Positions 30,134 through 40,167 of a stretch of DNA of 64,000 nucleotides are shown here, piece by piece. Numbering within the stretch: the stretch's first letter is position 1; each line of letters starts with the position of its first letter. Position numbers and translations under genes: made by a program. Under the pieces are notes generated by a model. That model was not told where the DNA came from. It saw nothing but the letters and a program-made list of their open reading frames with translations, and did no database searches. This DNA is from Candidatus Aminicenantales bacterium (GTDB lineage Bacteria; Acidobacteriota; Aminicenantia; Aminicenantales; UBA4085): positions 392,599 through 456,598 of the forward strand of contig JBEKTZ010000001.1 in assembly GCA_049515535.1 (NCBI GenBank). The letters run 5' to 3'.

Positions 30134-30303
30134 TCGAAATGGGTCACGGGGAGAGAGGAGAACGGGTGACGCCGATCGGGGCGCCCCATTTTATAAATAG
30201 GGTCTGACCGCAAAATTGCGTTCACGAGATGCTCCAAGGAAGGGTGGCAGGGAGCGAAGCTCCCGTTGGAGGGAAACCCCAAAAATGGTTTTCCTCCAAG
30301 AGT
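30134..30303. repeat. Dispersed multi-hairpin element, copy B
   Basis: Inverted homologue of 1241-1409; contains GGGAGC-GAA-GCTCCC and TTGGAGGGAAACC...GGTTTTCCTCCAA hairpins. Confidence 0.85.
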
Positions 30304-30352
30304 GCCCGGCTTGACTTCGAGATGACCCTATGTTACGTTCTGTCAACTTAAA

Positions 30353-32833
30353 ATGACTTCCCTCGACGCATCTCCAAAAAATCGGGTTCTGTCTTTCCGG
30401 CGGGAACGTCCAAAGGGGACGAATTTCAGGATGGGATTCCCGCCGATAAGAAGATCTCTTCTCATGATCGCCGCCCTGTTCCTATCGGCGGCCGTTTCTT
30501 ATTCGGCCGGCGAAGACCTCGGCTACAAGCTCAACTCCTTCAGCCTCCCCGAATTCATCATCCGTTCGATCCCGGGAGGCTTGTTTCAAAACGCTTTTTT
30601 TGAGAATTACGCTCCCGACGCCACGTTCCTCATCGAGGAAAGCAACGGGTTTTCCCTGATCGACTCGCCCCGTGTCTACTACGAGGGCGACTCCCTCGTT
30701 CAATTCAACTGGTTTTATGAAGGCTTCGATATCCATTCCGCCCTGGACGACGGATCGCCGGGATTTCTTCTGCCTTTTTCCGCGGCCACGCAATATTGTC
30801 TTCAGGGCGAGACGCCGCTCGTGAAAGACTACGGATTTCAAGTCCTGTCCCGGCCCCGGGACGGGACCTTTTCCAGGCTTCGCGTTTCGACGACGGCTTC
30901 CGACCTGGGAGGTTATATCCCGTGGGCGATGAATTTCGTGAGCCCCCACGCCTCGAGCTCCAACCGGGATGACAAGCTCTATTCCTCGCGGCGTAAGATC
31001 CTCTCCGATTATGACGTCGATTATCTATATAATAAAAGAGGACAATCCTCGGCCTTCTCTTTCGCGGCGACCGCGTTTGACCTGCATCGGCAATTCAACG
31101 ACTTCAACGTTTTCGACCGGACATTCCGGGAAAAAGGCCGGGGCATCCTCCTCAGCGCGAACTACGAACAGGAGTTCAAAGACGGCTCGCTCTTCGCGAC
31201 GGCCGTCGTTAACGACCTTTCCCGGAACCATTTCCTGGCCGAACTCGGGCGATTGCCCCAGGAGACCCAAGCCAAGGAGCGGCAGTCCTATTTCGCCGGA
31301 ATCCGGCTGAAAAATAAGGGCCTGACGGCCGGCTTGTCCTATCTCCTGGAAAAAGAGACCCTGACGCCCGGCGACCCGAACTTCCTCAAAGACTTGAAAG
31401 ACAACGACGGCGAAGGGCTGTTTCCCTTCGAGAAGGCGGGCTCCTTCTCCGCGGGCACGCTCCGGCTCAGCCTGGATCTCCGGGTCTTGTCCCCGGAAAA
31501 GAACAACAAAACGAAGATTGATCTTTTTTCCGAATTCAAGACGACGTCCTTGTCGGGCTCGGAAAACGCGGCCGACTTCAATCCCCTCAGCTTCGATAAT
31601 ACGCCCGCGCTCGTAATTCTCTGGAACCAGGGCCGGTCTTACCGGAACGTCAACCAGGCTTTCAAGGCCGGAGCCCTTCTCGGCTACGAACCGACCCCCG
31701 GCATCACCATCTGCGCTAAAATCGTCCTCCAGAACTCCAACGCGCGGTTTGAGGGCGGGGTGAACAACCTAAAATTCCTCACCCCCGGATTCGATCTCGG
31801 CGTCCGCCTTTTCAAGGACCCCGGGATTCTCATCTCCTACGAACAGATGCCGTATGACCTGAGAGAAAACGTCAATTTCTTCCTGGAGCAAGGACGGCCC
31901 TGGGGAACGGTCTATCGATGGACCGACGCGAACGGAGACGGGCAATATCAAAGGGGCGAGGAAAGCGAGATCGTCGGTTACACGGGCGGACGGTTCCATA
32001 CGGCCGCCGATCCGCTGAAAATCCCGATGAGGAAGAGGGTGCTGCTCAGCCTGACCGCGCCGCTTTCGGCGGACTGGTCGTTTAGCTTCAAAGGCCTTTT
32101 CAAAAAAATCGACGACAACTTCCGGATCCTTTTCAAAGAAAACTACGGGTTCTATGAAAACGTCGGCGGCGAGCTGCTCTATTTCTTCAGCGCTCCCTAT
32201 CAGGACTACGTCCTCGACAACGATCCGTCTTCTAAGAAGCCCTACTACACGGAGCTCGTCCTTCAGATCAACAGTCGCGAGAACACAGCGTGGTTCTTTT
32301 CCTTTTCGTTCTGCGCCCATATCGGCATGGGACGCACGATGTTCGGCAACGGCGCCGGCGCCGGCGACATCGGTCTTCTCAGCGAATCGCAGGCCGACCC
32401 GAACGCGCTGCTCAATTCTTACGGCCGCGTCGACGGCGACCGCGCTTATCTCGGGAAGCTTTTCTTCGGCGTGGCCGTGGCCAAAAACCTATTTTTGAGC
32501 GCGAATTTCAAATACCGGGACGGCACGCCGTTCGCCTTCCTGGATGAAGTCGAGCGCTACGACCAGATCGTGATCACCTACAAGACGATCAAGGGCGATA
32601 ACGAAAAAGGCCTCAAGAGCGGGCCCCGCAAGGATTACCTCACCGATATCAGCCTCAAGCTCACGTACAAGTTCAAGCTTCTCGGATGGAACGCCGAGGC
32701 CGAGCTTTCCGCGTTCAATCTGCTCGATTTCGGCAGCGAGCTCTCGGAATACGTCTTCTCCGGCGGCCGGCGCCTGGCCAACGAACTCCAGATCCCCCGC
32801 AGCCTGCGTTTGGGATTGACCATGGAATTCTGA
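30353..32833 (+). CDS. Large outer-membrane beta-barrel, TonB-dependent-receptor-like (true start may be ATG 30431)
   Basis: Signal peptide, DANGDG Ca-binding-like motif, AFNLLDF and C-terminal PRSLRLGLTMEF typical of TBDR-like barrels. Confidence 0.7.
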   Translation: MTSLDASPKNRVLSFRRERPKGTNFRMGFPPIRRSLLMIAALFLSAAVSYSAGEDLGYKLNSFSLPEFIIRSIPGGLFQNAFFENYAPDATFLIEESNGFSLIDSPRVYYEGDSLVQFNWFYEGFDIHSALDDGSPGFLLPFSAATQYCLQGETPLVKDYGFQVLSRPRDGTFSRLRVSTTASDLGGYIPWAMNFVSPHASSSNRDDKLYSSRRKILSDYDVDYLYNKRGQSSAFSFAATAFDLHRQFNDFNVFDRTFREKGRGILLSANYEQEFKDGSLFATAVVNDLSRNHFLAELGRLPQETQAKERQSYFAGIRLKNKGLTAGLSYLLEKETLTPGDPNFLKDLKDNDGEGLFPFEKAGSFSAGTLRLSLDLRVLSPEKNNKTKIDLFSEFKTTSLSGSENAADFNPLSFDNTPALVILWNQGRSYRNVNQAFKAGALLGYEPTPGITICAKIVLQNSNARFEGGVNNLKFLTPGFDLGVRLFKDPGILISYEQMPYDLRENVNFFLEQGRPWGTVYRWTDANGDGQYQRGEESEIVGYTGGRFHTAADPLKIPMRKRVLLSLTAPLSADWSFSFKGLFKKIDDNFRILFKENYGFYENVGGELLYFFSAPYQDYVLDNDPSSKKPYYTELVLQINSRENTAWFFSFSFCAHIGMGRTMFGNGAGAGDIGLLSESQADPNALLNSYGRVDGDRAYLGKLFFGVAVAKNLFLSANFKYRDGTPFAFLDEVERYDQIVITYKTIKGDNEKGLKSGPRKDYLTDISLKLTYKFKLLGWNAEAELSAFNLLDFGSELSEYVFSGGRRLANELQIPRSLRLGLTMEF

Positions 32834-32862
32834 TCGGTTTCCCCGGATTCCGGATCCCGATA

Positions 32863-32891
32863 TTGACATCGATCCTCGACTGGACTATAAA
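32863..32891 (+). promoter_or_regulatory. Sigma70-type promoter of the first DUF362-DUF6599 pair
   Basis: TTGACA-17-TATAAA, 58 nt upstream of ATG 32950. Confidence 0.6.
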
Positions 32892-32949
32892 ACTTTTAAG
32901 TCCGGCGGAGGGATTTCCCGCCGTTTCAGCCCCGAAAGAGGAGGACACC

Positions 32950-33900
32950 ATGCCGACGAAGATCGGACGACGCGAATTCATCTCCAAGAGCGCCACGGCC
33001 GGCGCCGCGGTTGTTTTTGGACGCCGGTTCTTGTCGGGCTTTGCCGGCGGGCACACGGCCCCGCCAGCCAAGGACCTCATCGAAGTAGCGGTGGTATCGG
33101 GCACGGATTACGCCGCCATGACGGCCAAGGCGGTGGAAGCCCTGGGCGGGATCGGGAAATACGTCCCCAAAAATTCCAAAGTCCTTCTCATGCCCAATGT
33201 CCAGAGCAAGAATCCCGGCACGTTCACCAAACCGGAAATTCTTCGCTCCGTCATCAGGATGTGCAAGAGCGCCGGCGCCAAAGAGATCGCCTGCCTGAGC
33301 TATCTCGGCCAGCCGAACTGGGACGGCACGGGATTGGCCCAGGTCATTCAAGAGGAGGGCGCCATCCTCAAGCTCATCCCCCGCGAGGACGTGAATTTCA
33401 AGACCGTTCCGGTTCCGAACGCCATGGCCCTCAACGAAGCCAAGATCATGAATGAATTTTTTAATTATGATGTCTTCATCAACATGCCGATCACGAAGGA
33501 CCATGCCGGGTCCAAGTTCACGGGCGCGCTGAAGAATCTCATGGGACTCCATTCTCCGAACGTGAACCGCAGCATCTTCCACAAACCCAACTGGCAGACG
33601 GATCCGATCGCCATCGAGCACCTGGAAACCTGCATCGTCGACCTGAACACGGTGATCAAGCCGACGCTCAACATCGTGGACGCCACGGAGATCATCCGGA
33701 CAAACGGGCCCATGGGCCCCGGCGAACTGATCAAGCCGCTGAAGGTCATCGCCGGCGTCGACAGAGTCGCCGTCGATTCCACCTGCGCGACGGTCCTGGG
33801 AATGAAGGGCGAAGACATCATCATGATCCGGAAAGCCCATGAGAAAAAGCTCGGCGAGGTCGATCTGAAGAAAGTCAAAGTTCAGGAGATCAAGATTTAG
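32950..33900 (+). CDS. Tat-exported DUF362-family protein (copy 1)
   Basis: GRREFISK twin-arginine signal; TKPE, KDHAGSKFTGALKNLMG, NGP.GPG, DRVAVD. Start after GAGGAGG. Confidence 0.82.
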   Translation: MPTKIGRREFISKSATAGAAVVFGRRFLSGFAGGHTAPPAKDLIEVAVVSGTDYAAMTAKAVEALGGIGKYVPKNSKVLLMPNVQSKNPGTFTKPEILRSVIRMCKSAGAKEIACLSYLGQPNWDGTGLAQVIQEEGAILKLIPREDVNFKTVPVPNAMALNEAKIMNEFFNYDVFINMPITKDHAGSKFTGALKNLMGLHSPNVNRSIFHKPNWQTDPIAIEHLETCIVDLNTVIKPTLNIVDATEIIRTNGPMGPGELIKPLKVIAGVDRVAVDSTCATVLGMKGEDIIMIRKAHEKKLGEVDLKKVKVQEIKI

Positions 33901-33961
33901 CCTCGATAATATTTTTTTTGGGCGCCGACGGAACTCCGCACAAGGCGATAGGCACGGAAAC

Positions 33962-34966
33962 ATGATGACCCTGATGAGGATCGCGCGGCTCGCTTTTCTC
34001 CTGCTGAGTCTCCTCGTCGTTTTATCGCCCGCCGTTCCTCTCCAGGAATCCGCGGAGATCTCCGCCCCGGCCGCGCTCGATCTCCGCGCCTTCCTGCCCG
34101 CCGCGGCGGACCTGCGGGAATGGACACGGAAGGATCCTCCCCAGCAGTTCAAGGGCGAGGATCTTTTTTTATATATCGACGGCGGTGCCGAGCTTTATCG
34201 CGAATATGGATTCCGGCAAGTGATCGCCCAGGATTACCGGAACAAGAAGGGAAAAATCATCTCCCTCGAGATCTTCGAGATGGCGAGCGCCGAAGCCGCC
34301 TACGGCATGTTCACGTTCAAATCGAGCGGCAAAGGCAAGCCCACCGCGGTCGGCCAGGACGGCCGGCTCGAAGATTATTTCCTCAACTTCTGGAAGGGGC
34401 CCTGCCTCGTCACGCTGACCGGATACGATGCCGGTCCGGAATGCATCCGGGGAATTCTGGAAATCGCCCGGGCCGTGGACGCCAAAATCAGGCTTCAGGG
34501 AAACCGGCCTTCGCTGCTCAATGTTCTCCCCAAAGAGTGGATGAAGGCGTCCCGCCTGGTCTATTTTCGCGGCGTCTTGGGTTTGAACAATATCTATCCG
34601 TTTTTCCCGAACGACGTGTTCCGCTTCAAGGAAGGGTTGGCGGCGGAGCAGGATAAATTCAAAATCTTCATCTTCCGCTACGCGAGTCCGGCCGAAGCCC
34701 GGCAAAGGTTCCAGGATGTCCATAAAGCGTTCTCCCAAAGCCCGGCCTATAAAGACCTAAGGAGCTTGAATGAAAGCAATTTTGAAATCGTGGATGCTAA
34801 GGGCAACAAACTCTATGCCCAAAACTATAATAGCCACATCAGCATCATCCTCACTCTGACGCAGACGGACAGGCAATCCGTTTCCGATATGTTCGATCAG
34901 CTGAACTGGATGACCGGCGGCCCGGAATCGATCGGTCAGTCCCGCGACACAAGGCCGAAAAGATGA
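33962..34966 (+). CDS. Exported hypothetical protein, DUF6599-like (copy 1)
   Basis: Signal peptide; LFLYIDGGAELY and LEIFEMASAEAAYGMF motifs. Confidence 0.75.
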   Translation: MMTLMRIARLAFLLLSLLVVLSPAVPLQESAEISAPAALDLRAFLPAAADLREWTRKDPPQQFKGEDLFLYIDGGAELYREYGFRQVIAQDYRNKKGKIISLEIFEMASAEAAYGMFTFKSSGKGKPTAVGQDGRLEDYFLNFWKGPCLVTLTGYDAGPECIRGILEIARAVDAKIRLQGNRPSLLNVLPKEWMKASRLVYFRGVLGLNNIYPFFPNDVFRFKEGLAAEQDKFKIFIFRYASPAEARQRFQDVHKAFSQSPAYKDLRSLNESNFEIVDAKGNKLYAQNYNSHISIILTLTQTDRQSVSDMFDQLNWMTGGPESIGQSRDTRPKR

Positions 34967-34973
34967 TGATAAG

Positions 34974-35537
34974 CTACTTTTTCCTGACCTGATAGCGGAT
35001 GATCGTCTGGTACGCGCTGGTGTCGGGGCCGGATTCCGGCCCCTTCAAATATTCCTCTTCATGGGGCCCGGCAATCTCATAGCCCTTGTCTTTGATGTAT
35101 TTGACCAGCTTTTCGACCACGGGCATTTCCTTATCATAACCGCCGACGTGAAGGATCTCCGCGACCTCGCCGTACTGCCAGATGTCGATCTTCGCCCCCG
35201 CGGAACCGGGAGGCAGGGCCGTGACCTGTTCCGGGAGCGGCAAGGCATAGAGTCCGACCCATTCGTTCTTGGGCGCGGTTGCAATGTTCTGCCAGCGGGC
35301 CCGGGGCGGAGCCATCCGCGCGCCGGGGATGCTGAAAAAAGTTTTGAAGAGAATCGAAAAGGCGTTCATGGCGGCGACATTCGGATCGCCTTTCGATTCG
35401 ACGACCAGCATTTTCTGGGCGGGCATGGTTTTCATCTGCGGTTCGTTCGAGGATGCAGAAGGCGTGCGGTCTTGGGCTCCGACAAAAACCGCCATAAGAG
35501 AGACGACCATGGCCATGGCGAGAGTTTTTTTATTCAT
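34974..35537 (-). CDS. GyrI-like small-molecule-binding domain protein with signal peptide
   Basis: ILHVGGYDKE, GPHEEEYL, TIIRYQV. Confidence 0.78.
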   Translation of the reverse strand: MNKKTLAMAMVVSLMAVFVGAQDRTPSASSNEPQMKTMPAQKMLVVESKGDPNVAAMNAFSILFKTFFSIPGARMAPPRARWQNIATAPKNEWVGLYALPLPEQVTALPPGSAGAKIDIWQYGEVAEILHVGGYDKEMPVVEKLVKYIKDKGYEIAGPHEEEYLKGPESGPDTSAYQTIIRYQVRKK

Positions 35538-35563
35538 GCGAATCCTCTCCTTTTCCGAAGAAT

Positions 35564-37189
35564 TCAGGGTTTTATGAAAACGCCGGTTCGCGGCGGCACG
35601 TCCTGATGGTCCGTTGTTTTCATCACGTCCGATAAATTCGCCGCATAGCGGAAGATCCCGGACGGACCGCCCCAGGAATCGACGAGATAGAAATCATCTT
35701 CGAGGAGTCCGCGGACGCGGACATGCCCGCCCTTAAGACGGATGGCTTCATCGAGGAGCTTCCTCCCCCATTCGTCCACGAGCTCCAGGTCGTCGCTCTC
35801 GATGATCATATTGTCAAGGGCACCGGCCGTCCGCGCGTAGAGTTCCTGTTCATGATCCGCCAGCGCGATCTCCCGGCGCCTGAGCAAAAGGCAGTCCGGA
35901 TCGTTGAGCCACCACTTTTTATGCATGAATGAGCGCAGGATGGAATTTTTGAGTGCGTAATAGGCATTCACGCCCTGGAGCGGAGCTTTCCGGGAATCCC
36001 AGAAGGGCGCGGTGTCCTCGCCGACGCGCATCCCGTCCACCCGTCCGATCGAAGGCAGGAGCGGCGCGCCGCAGCCGAGAATGAAACTGTCGCCCACGGC
36101 CTGCCGGATGACGTCAAGGCCCTCGCGATAAGCCTGGATCGGGCTCACCCGCCGCGACCGCGCGCCTTCCATGGCCGCGGCGAAGACAAAATCGATCTTG
36201 AAATAATCGAAACCCATGGCTTTCAGCTCGGCGAACGTTTCATACAACCAATTCTTGGCGCGCGGATTGGTCGTATCCAGGGCGTAGATATTCTTATTCC
36301 AGCCCCGATGGCAGAATTTTGCCGAACCGGCATCCGAGACCATCCAGTCCGGATGCTTCCCGTACAGAGCCGACGTTTCCGAAGCGCTGAACGGCGCCGT
36401 CCAGAGGCCGGCCTGAAAGCCGTAATCCCGGATGAGTCCGGCCAATTCCGGAAGAGGGCCGAACCCGGCCTTGGGACTGAGCCAATCGCCGATGTCTGCC
36501 GCGAAGCCGTCGTCGATTTGAAAGACTTCGAAGGGAAACGCCCCGCGCGCGATGCGGAGATTTTTTTCGATGTCCGCGAGTTTGAGATCCGTGAAATAAT
36601 GATACCAGCTCGACCAGCCAACCGGATTCCAGGCGTTCACGTGGACGGCGTTTTGGACGGCGGCGCGGATCGCGTATTCCTCCAGGAGCTGCTCGACCGG
36701 ATCGCCGTCGAGAAAGACGAGGGGCTCCAAGGGAACGGGATCTTCGAAAAGCGTATCGAAATATTCAAGATAGCCGACGAGATCTCCGGAGTCCACGACG
36801 AAATAAGGATGCGCGATTTTCGAGGTCAAAAAACCGGCCAGCCCGCCCCTCCAGGCGACGAAATAATCACTGACGAGATGGGCGGAAAATACGTCCGGAA
36901 CGGGTGTGAAAACGTAGCGGCCTTGGCCTGACATCCGCTCCTCGGCGCCCTCGAATTTTTGGCCGGGCCGCATCTTCTGCATCGGGCCCCACGACTGCCA
37001 GTTGTTCACCAGGAATTCTTTGGGGGCGACGGCGCGATAAATCTCGATCCGGCCCGGCCGGCCTTTGACCGTGCCCGTGATTTTGTGGCCGCCCTTGATC
37101 TTTTCGACCGCAGCCTCGACCCGCGTTCGGCCATCGTCATAGACCGCGGAACCGATCGTGATATTTCTCCCGAATATCTTCATGACCAT
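35564..37189 (-). CDS. Alpha-galactosidase, glycoside hydrolase family 36
   Basis: GWSSWYHYF, FQIDDG, YFKIDF, RVGEDT, NDPDCL. Confidence 0.88.
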   Translation of the reverse strand: MVMKIFGRNITIGSAVYDDGRTRVEAAVEKIKGGHKITGTVKGRPGRIEIYRAVAPKEFLVNNWQSWGPMQKMRPGQKFEGAEERMSGQGRYVFTPVPDVFSAHLVSDYFVAWRGGLAGFLTSKIAHPYFVVDSGDLVGYLEYFDTLFEDPVPLEPLVFLDGDPVEQLLEEYAIRAAVQNAVHVNAWNPVGWSSWYHYFTDLKLADIEKNLRIARGAFPFEVFQIDDGFAADIGDWLSPKAGFGPLPELAGLIRDYGFQAGLWTAPFSASETSALYGKHPDWMVSDAGSAKFCHRGWNKNIYALDTTNPRAKNWLYETFAELKAMGFDYFKIDFVFAAAMEGARSRRVSPIQAYREGLDVIRQAVGDSFILGCGAPLLPSIGRVDGMRVGEDTAPFWDSRKAPLQGVNAYYALKNSILRSFMHKKWWLNDPDCLLLRRREIALADHEQELYARTAGALDNMIIESDDLELVDEWGRKLLDEAIRLKGGHVRVRGLLEDDFYLVDSWGGPSGIFRYAANLSDVMKTTDHQDVPPRTGVFIKP

Positions 37190-37339
37190 ATTGATGGTGA
37201 TAGGAATCTTTTATTTTATGAGCCGGTCTTCCTCTCCCAAGATTCCAGACCATAGTCATTATAACAAACCCGGCCCGGCGACGCATCCGTAGACGCGAAC
37301 CCCGCCTTCTGATAAAATATTTCCAAGAGGGACACAAAC

Positions 37340-38848
37340 ATGATGATCCGTGGGGCATCCAAGTCATTCTGCTTGGCACTCTTTGCTTTTGTTCTCGGCG
37401 CGGCCTGTTCGTCCGGAGGAATGGGGCTTTCTTCGAAAAAATATCCCGAGGGCTATTCGCTGAAACAGCCGGCCGGCTGGCAAGCGCGGGTCGTGGACAA
37501 GACCTATATCCTCGTCTCGTCGCCCGAGACCGCGAAAGAACCCGCCTTCCTGTTCATCTATCCATTCTTCCTCAAGACCGCGACCCCGGCCGGACTCTGG
37601 CTCGACCAGAACCTCGCCGCGCTGGCCAAGTTCTTCCCCGGTGCGGCCATTGAGAAAAGGCAACAGCTTCGGGCCCAACCGGACGAAAGGGCCGTCAAGT
37701 TCCGTTTCGAAAAAGGCGGAGCGGCCTACTCCGGTATGGCCCTCTGCTCCATCTTCGAGCGGAGCGGCGTCCTCTATGTCGCCGCTTCGAAAACGGAATC
37801 CTTCGAGAAGTACCGGAGCACGCTCCTGACCATGCTCCAGTCGTTCCAGTTCGGCGAGCCTTCGGCCGGAAAAGGACCGGTCGTCCCTAAGGTCCAATAC
37901 GTCAATTTTTCAGACCCCGCCGAACAAGCCTTTTCGCTGGATGTCCCGCAGGGCTGGCAGACTCAAGGGGGAACCACACGCCGCGCGGCCGTCGATCTCG
38001 TCCACACGTTCCAGACCGTCTCGCCGGACCAGCGGATCGTCATTCAATACAACGATCCCTCCATCCCCACTTTCACCCTTCCCAGCCCGACATTGTCCTT
38101 CTCGGGTTTCCCGGAAGGCTCCTGGTATTCCCCCGGCTACGGCGTCCGCAACCTGGTCAAGAGATACGTGCCAGGGGGTCAGTTCCTGGTCGAGTACCTG
38201 CAGCAAAACTACGTGCCGCGGGTCGAACAATTCGAATTCGTCAGCCAGACCGACCGGCCCGACATCGTCGAAGATTACAATCGCATTTATGCCTCGTTCC
38301 AATCTTACGGCGTCCAGGTCTCTCAGCACGCCGGCGAAGCCGCCTTCCGCTTCCGGCGGAGCGGCGAACCCTACGTCGGCTACGGCTTCGCCCTGACCCA
38401 GATCGCCTATATGGCTTCGATGCAAGGGGGCAACTGGACCGTGGACAAGCTCATCATCTGCACCAGCCCAGAATCCCTGGTCGATTTCACCCAGGCGATC
38501 TCCGGCCACATATTCAAGAGCCTCCAATGGAATCCGCAGTGGCTGGCCTCGCAGGAGCAGCTGACCCGGAACGTGTCGCAGATCGTGACGCAAACGAACC
38601 AGGAGATTACCAAGATCATCAGCGACGTCCACTGGAACCGCCAGGGCGTGCTGGACAATGTCAACCGCCGATTCTCCAATTCTACGCTCGGCGTCACGGA
38701 CGTGGTGGATCCGGAAACCGGGCAGACGTGGAAGGTCGAGGCCGGCCATAATTACTATTGGGCCAAGCCGGGCGGCGGGGCCGTCGTCGGAACGAACACC
38801 TTCACCCGGCCGGACATCGACTTCACCCCGCTCAAAGAGTTGAGATAG
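37340..38848 (+). CDS. Hypothetical lipoprotein
   Basis: Lipobox LGAAC; long ORF with genome-typical codon usage. Confidence 0.75.
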   Translation: MMIRGASKSFCLALFAFVLGAACSSGGMGLSSKKYPEGYSLKQPAGWQARVVDKTYILVSSPETAKEPAFLFIYPFFLKTATPAGLWLDQNLAALAKFFPGAAIEKRQQLRAQPDERAVKFRFEKGGAAYSGMALCSIFERSGVLYVAASKTESFEKYRSTLLTMLQSFQFGEPSAGKGPVVPKVQYVNFSDPAEQAFSLDVPQGWQTQGGTTRRAAVDLVHTFQTVSPDQRIVIQYNDPSIPTFTLPSPTLSFSGFPEGSWYSPGYGVRNLVKRYVPGGQFLVEYLQQNYVPRVEQFEFVSQTDRPDIVEDYNRIYASFQSYGVQVSQHAGEAAFRFRRSGEPYVGYGFALTQIAYMASMQGGNWTVDKLIICTSPESLVDFTQAISGHIFKSLQWNPQWLASQEQLTRNVSQIVTQTNQEITKIISDVHWNRQGVLDNVNRRFSNSTLGVTDVVDPETGQTWKVEAGHNYYWAKPGGGAVVGTNTFTRPDIDFTPLKELR

Positions 38849-38859
38849 GGGCCGATAAA

Positions 38860-39135
38860 ATGACGGCAACGAGAAGATCTTCGCTCAAAGAACTTCAGAC
38901 CATCCCCGGCGTCGGGCCGAGCATCGCGGCGAACCTGTGGAAGCTCGGCATCCGCTCGGTGGCCGACCTTCGGGACGGCGATCCCGAGGCGATCTATCGG
39001 GCGCTCGAGAAGCGGGAGGGCGGCCCCGTCGACCGCTGCGCGCTTTATGTTCTGCGCTGCGCCGTTTATTACGCTTCGCACAAGACCCACTCGCCGGAAA
39101 AATTGAAATGGTGGAATTGGAAAGATAAAGCTTAA
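38860..39135 (+). CDS. Helix-hairpin-helix protein, Cdd1/pathogenicity-locus family
   Basis: LQTIPGVGPSIA HhH, DRCALYVLRCAVY, WWNW. Confidence 0.82.
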   Translation: MTATRRSSLKELQTIPGVGPSIAANLWKLGIRSVADLRDGDPEAIYRALEKREGGPVDRCALYVLRCAVYYASHKTHSPEKLKWWNWKDKA

Positions 39136-40097
39136 AGTGGAAGCCAGGTGCCGAAGCCGCGGTCTTTAGCCCGGCGATAGATCTCCGGGGCCACGGCCAG
39201 GTCATCGAGAGCCAAGCCGAGATTCAGGGCCATGGTCCGCTCGTCCGCGCGCTCGCGGCCCGGCTTTTTCCCGACCACGATCTCGCCCAGATCGGCGTAA
39301 GGCTCGGGCGTGCGCTGGAAATAACCCGTGCTCCGGACATAGCGAAATTGGGAAAGATCGTCGGTGGCGAGTTTGTCCATCTCGGCCAGCGCTTCGGGCA
39401 TCCAGTAGCTGTCATAATCGACGGCGCTGGCGAACGCTCCGGGCCGGAGCCAGCCCTTTTCGATGGTCGGCCGCGGGTGCTTGAGGATCGGTCCCGACGT
39501 GACGACGATATCGCTTTCGGCGACGGCTTTCCGCGGATGACCGACGCCGATGATCTCAACGCCGGTCCGCCCGGACATTTCATCGATAAAAAGCCGTTGG
39601 ATTTCTGGATCGATGTCAAAAGCCAGGACGCGTTTGATCGGAAACGTCGCCATCATGGCCAGGAGATGCGTCCGCCCCTGGACCCCGCAGGCGAGAATCC
39701 CGAGCGCTTCGCTGTCCGCGCGAGCCAGGAATTTCGCCGAGAGGGCCGAGGCCGCGCCGGTCCGATGGGCCGTGATCCAGGATGCGTCCATGACCGCGTA
39801 TGGCAGGCCGGTCTCGATGTCGTTCAGGATAATAAGGCCGGAAATATAGGGCAACCCTCTTTTCGCGTTCTCTGGGAAGCCGCTCACCCATTTTATTCCC
39901 GCGGATTTGAGGCCCGGAATACAGGCCGGCATGGCATGGATGAACGCGTCGCCCTTGGGATGAATCCCCGGCTTGGGCGGCAGCTCGACCCGCCCCTCCC
40001 CTTTCTCCCTGAACGCGCTCTCGAGAAGCCCGATGATCGCCGGCATGTCGAGAACAACACGCTCGACATCGGCCCGGGACAGATAGAGGAGATTCAT
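39132..40097 (-). CDS. Ornithine cyclodeaminase/mu-crystallin family protein
   Basis: HAMPA, GIKWVS, ITAHRTGAAS, CGVQG, GLALDDLA. Start ATG 40097. Confidence 0.9.
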   Translation of the reverse strand: MNLLYLSRADVERVVLDMPAIIGLLESAFREKGEGRVELPPKPGIHPKGDAFIHAMPACIPGLKSAGIKWVSGFPENAKRGLPYISGLIILNDIETGLPYAVMDASWITAHRTGAASALSAKFLARADSEALGILACGVQGRTHLLAMMATFPIKRVLAFDIDPEIQRLFIDEMSGRTGVEIIGVGHPRKAVAESDIVVTSGPILKHPRPTIEKGWLRPGAFASAVDYDSYWMPEALAEMDKLATDDLSQFRYVRSTGYFQRTPEPYADLGEIVVGKKPGRERADERTMALNLGLALDDLAVAPEIYRRAKDRGFGTWLPL

Positions 40098-40167
40098 CGA
40101 AGAGATATTATATAACAAATTTTCATGGTGAATACGAGAACGGCGGGGCTGGTCGGCGGCAGGGCCC

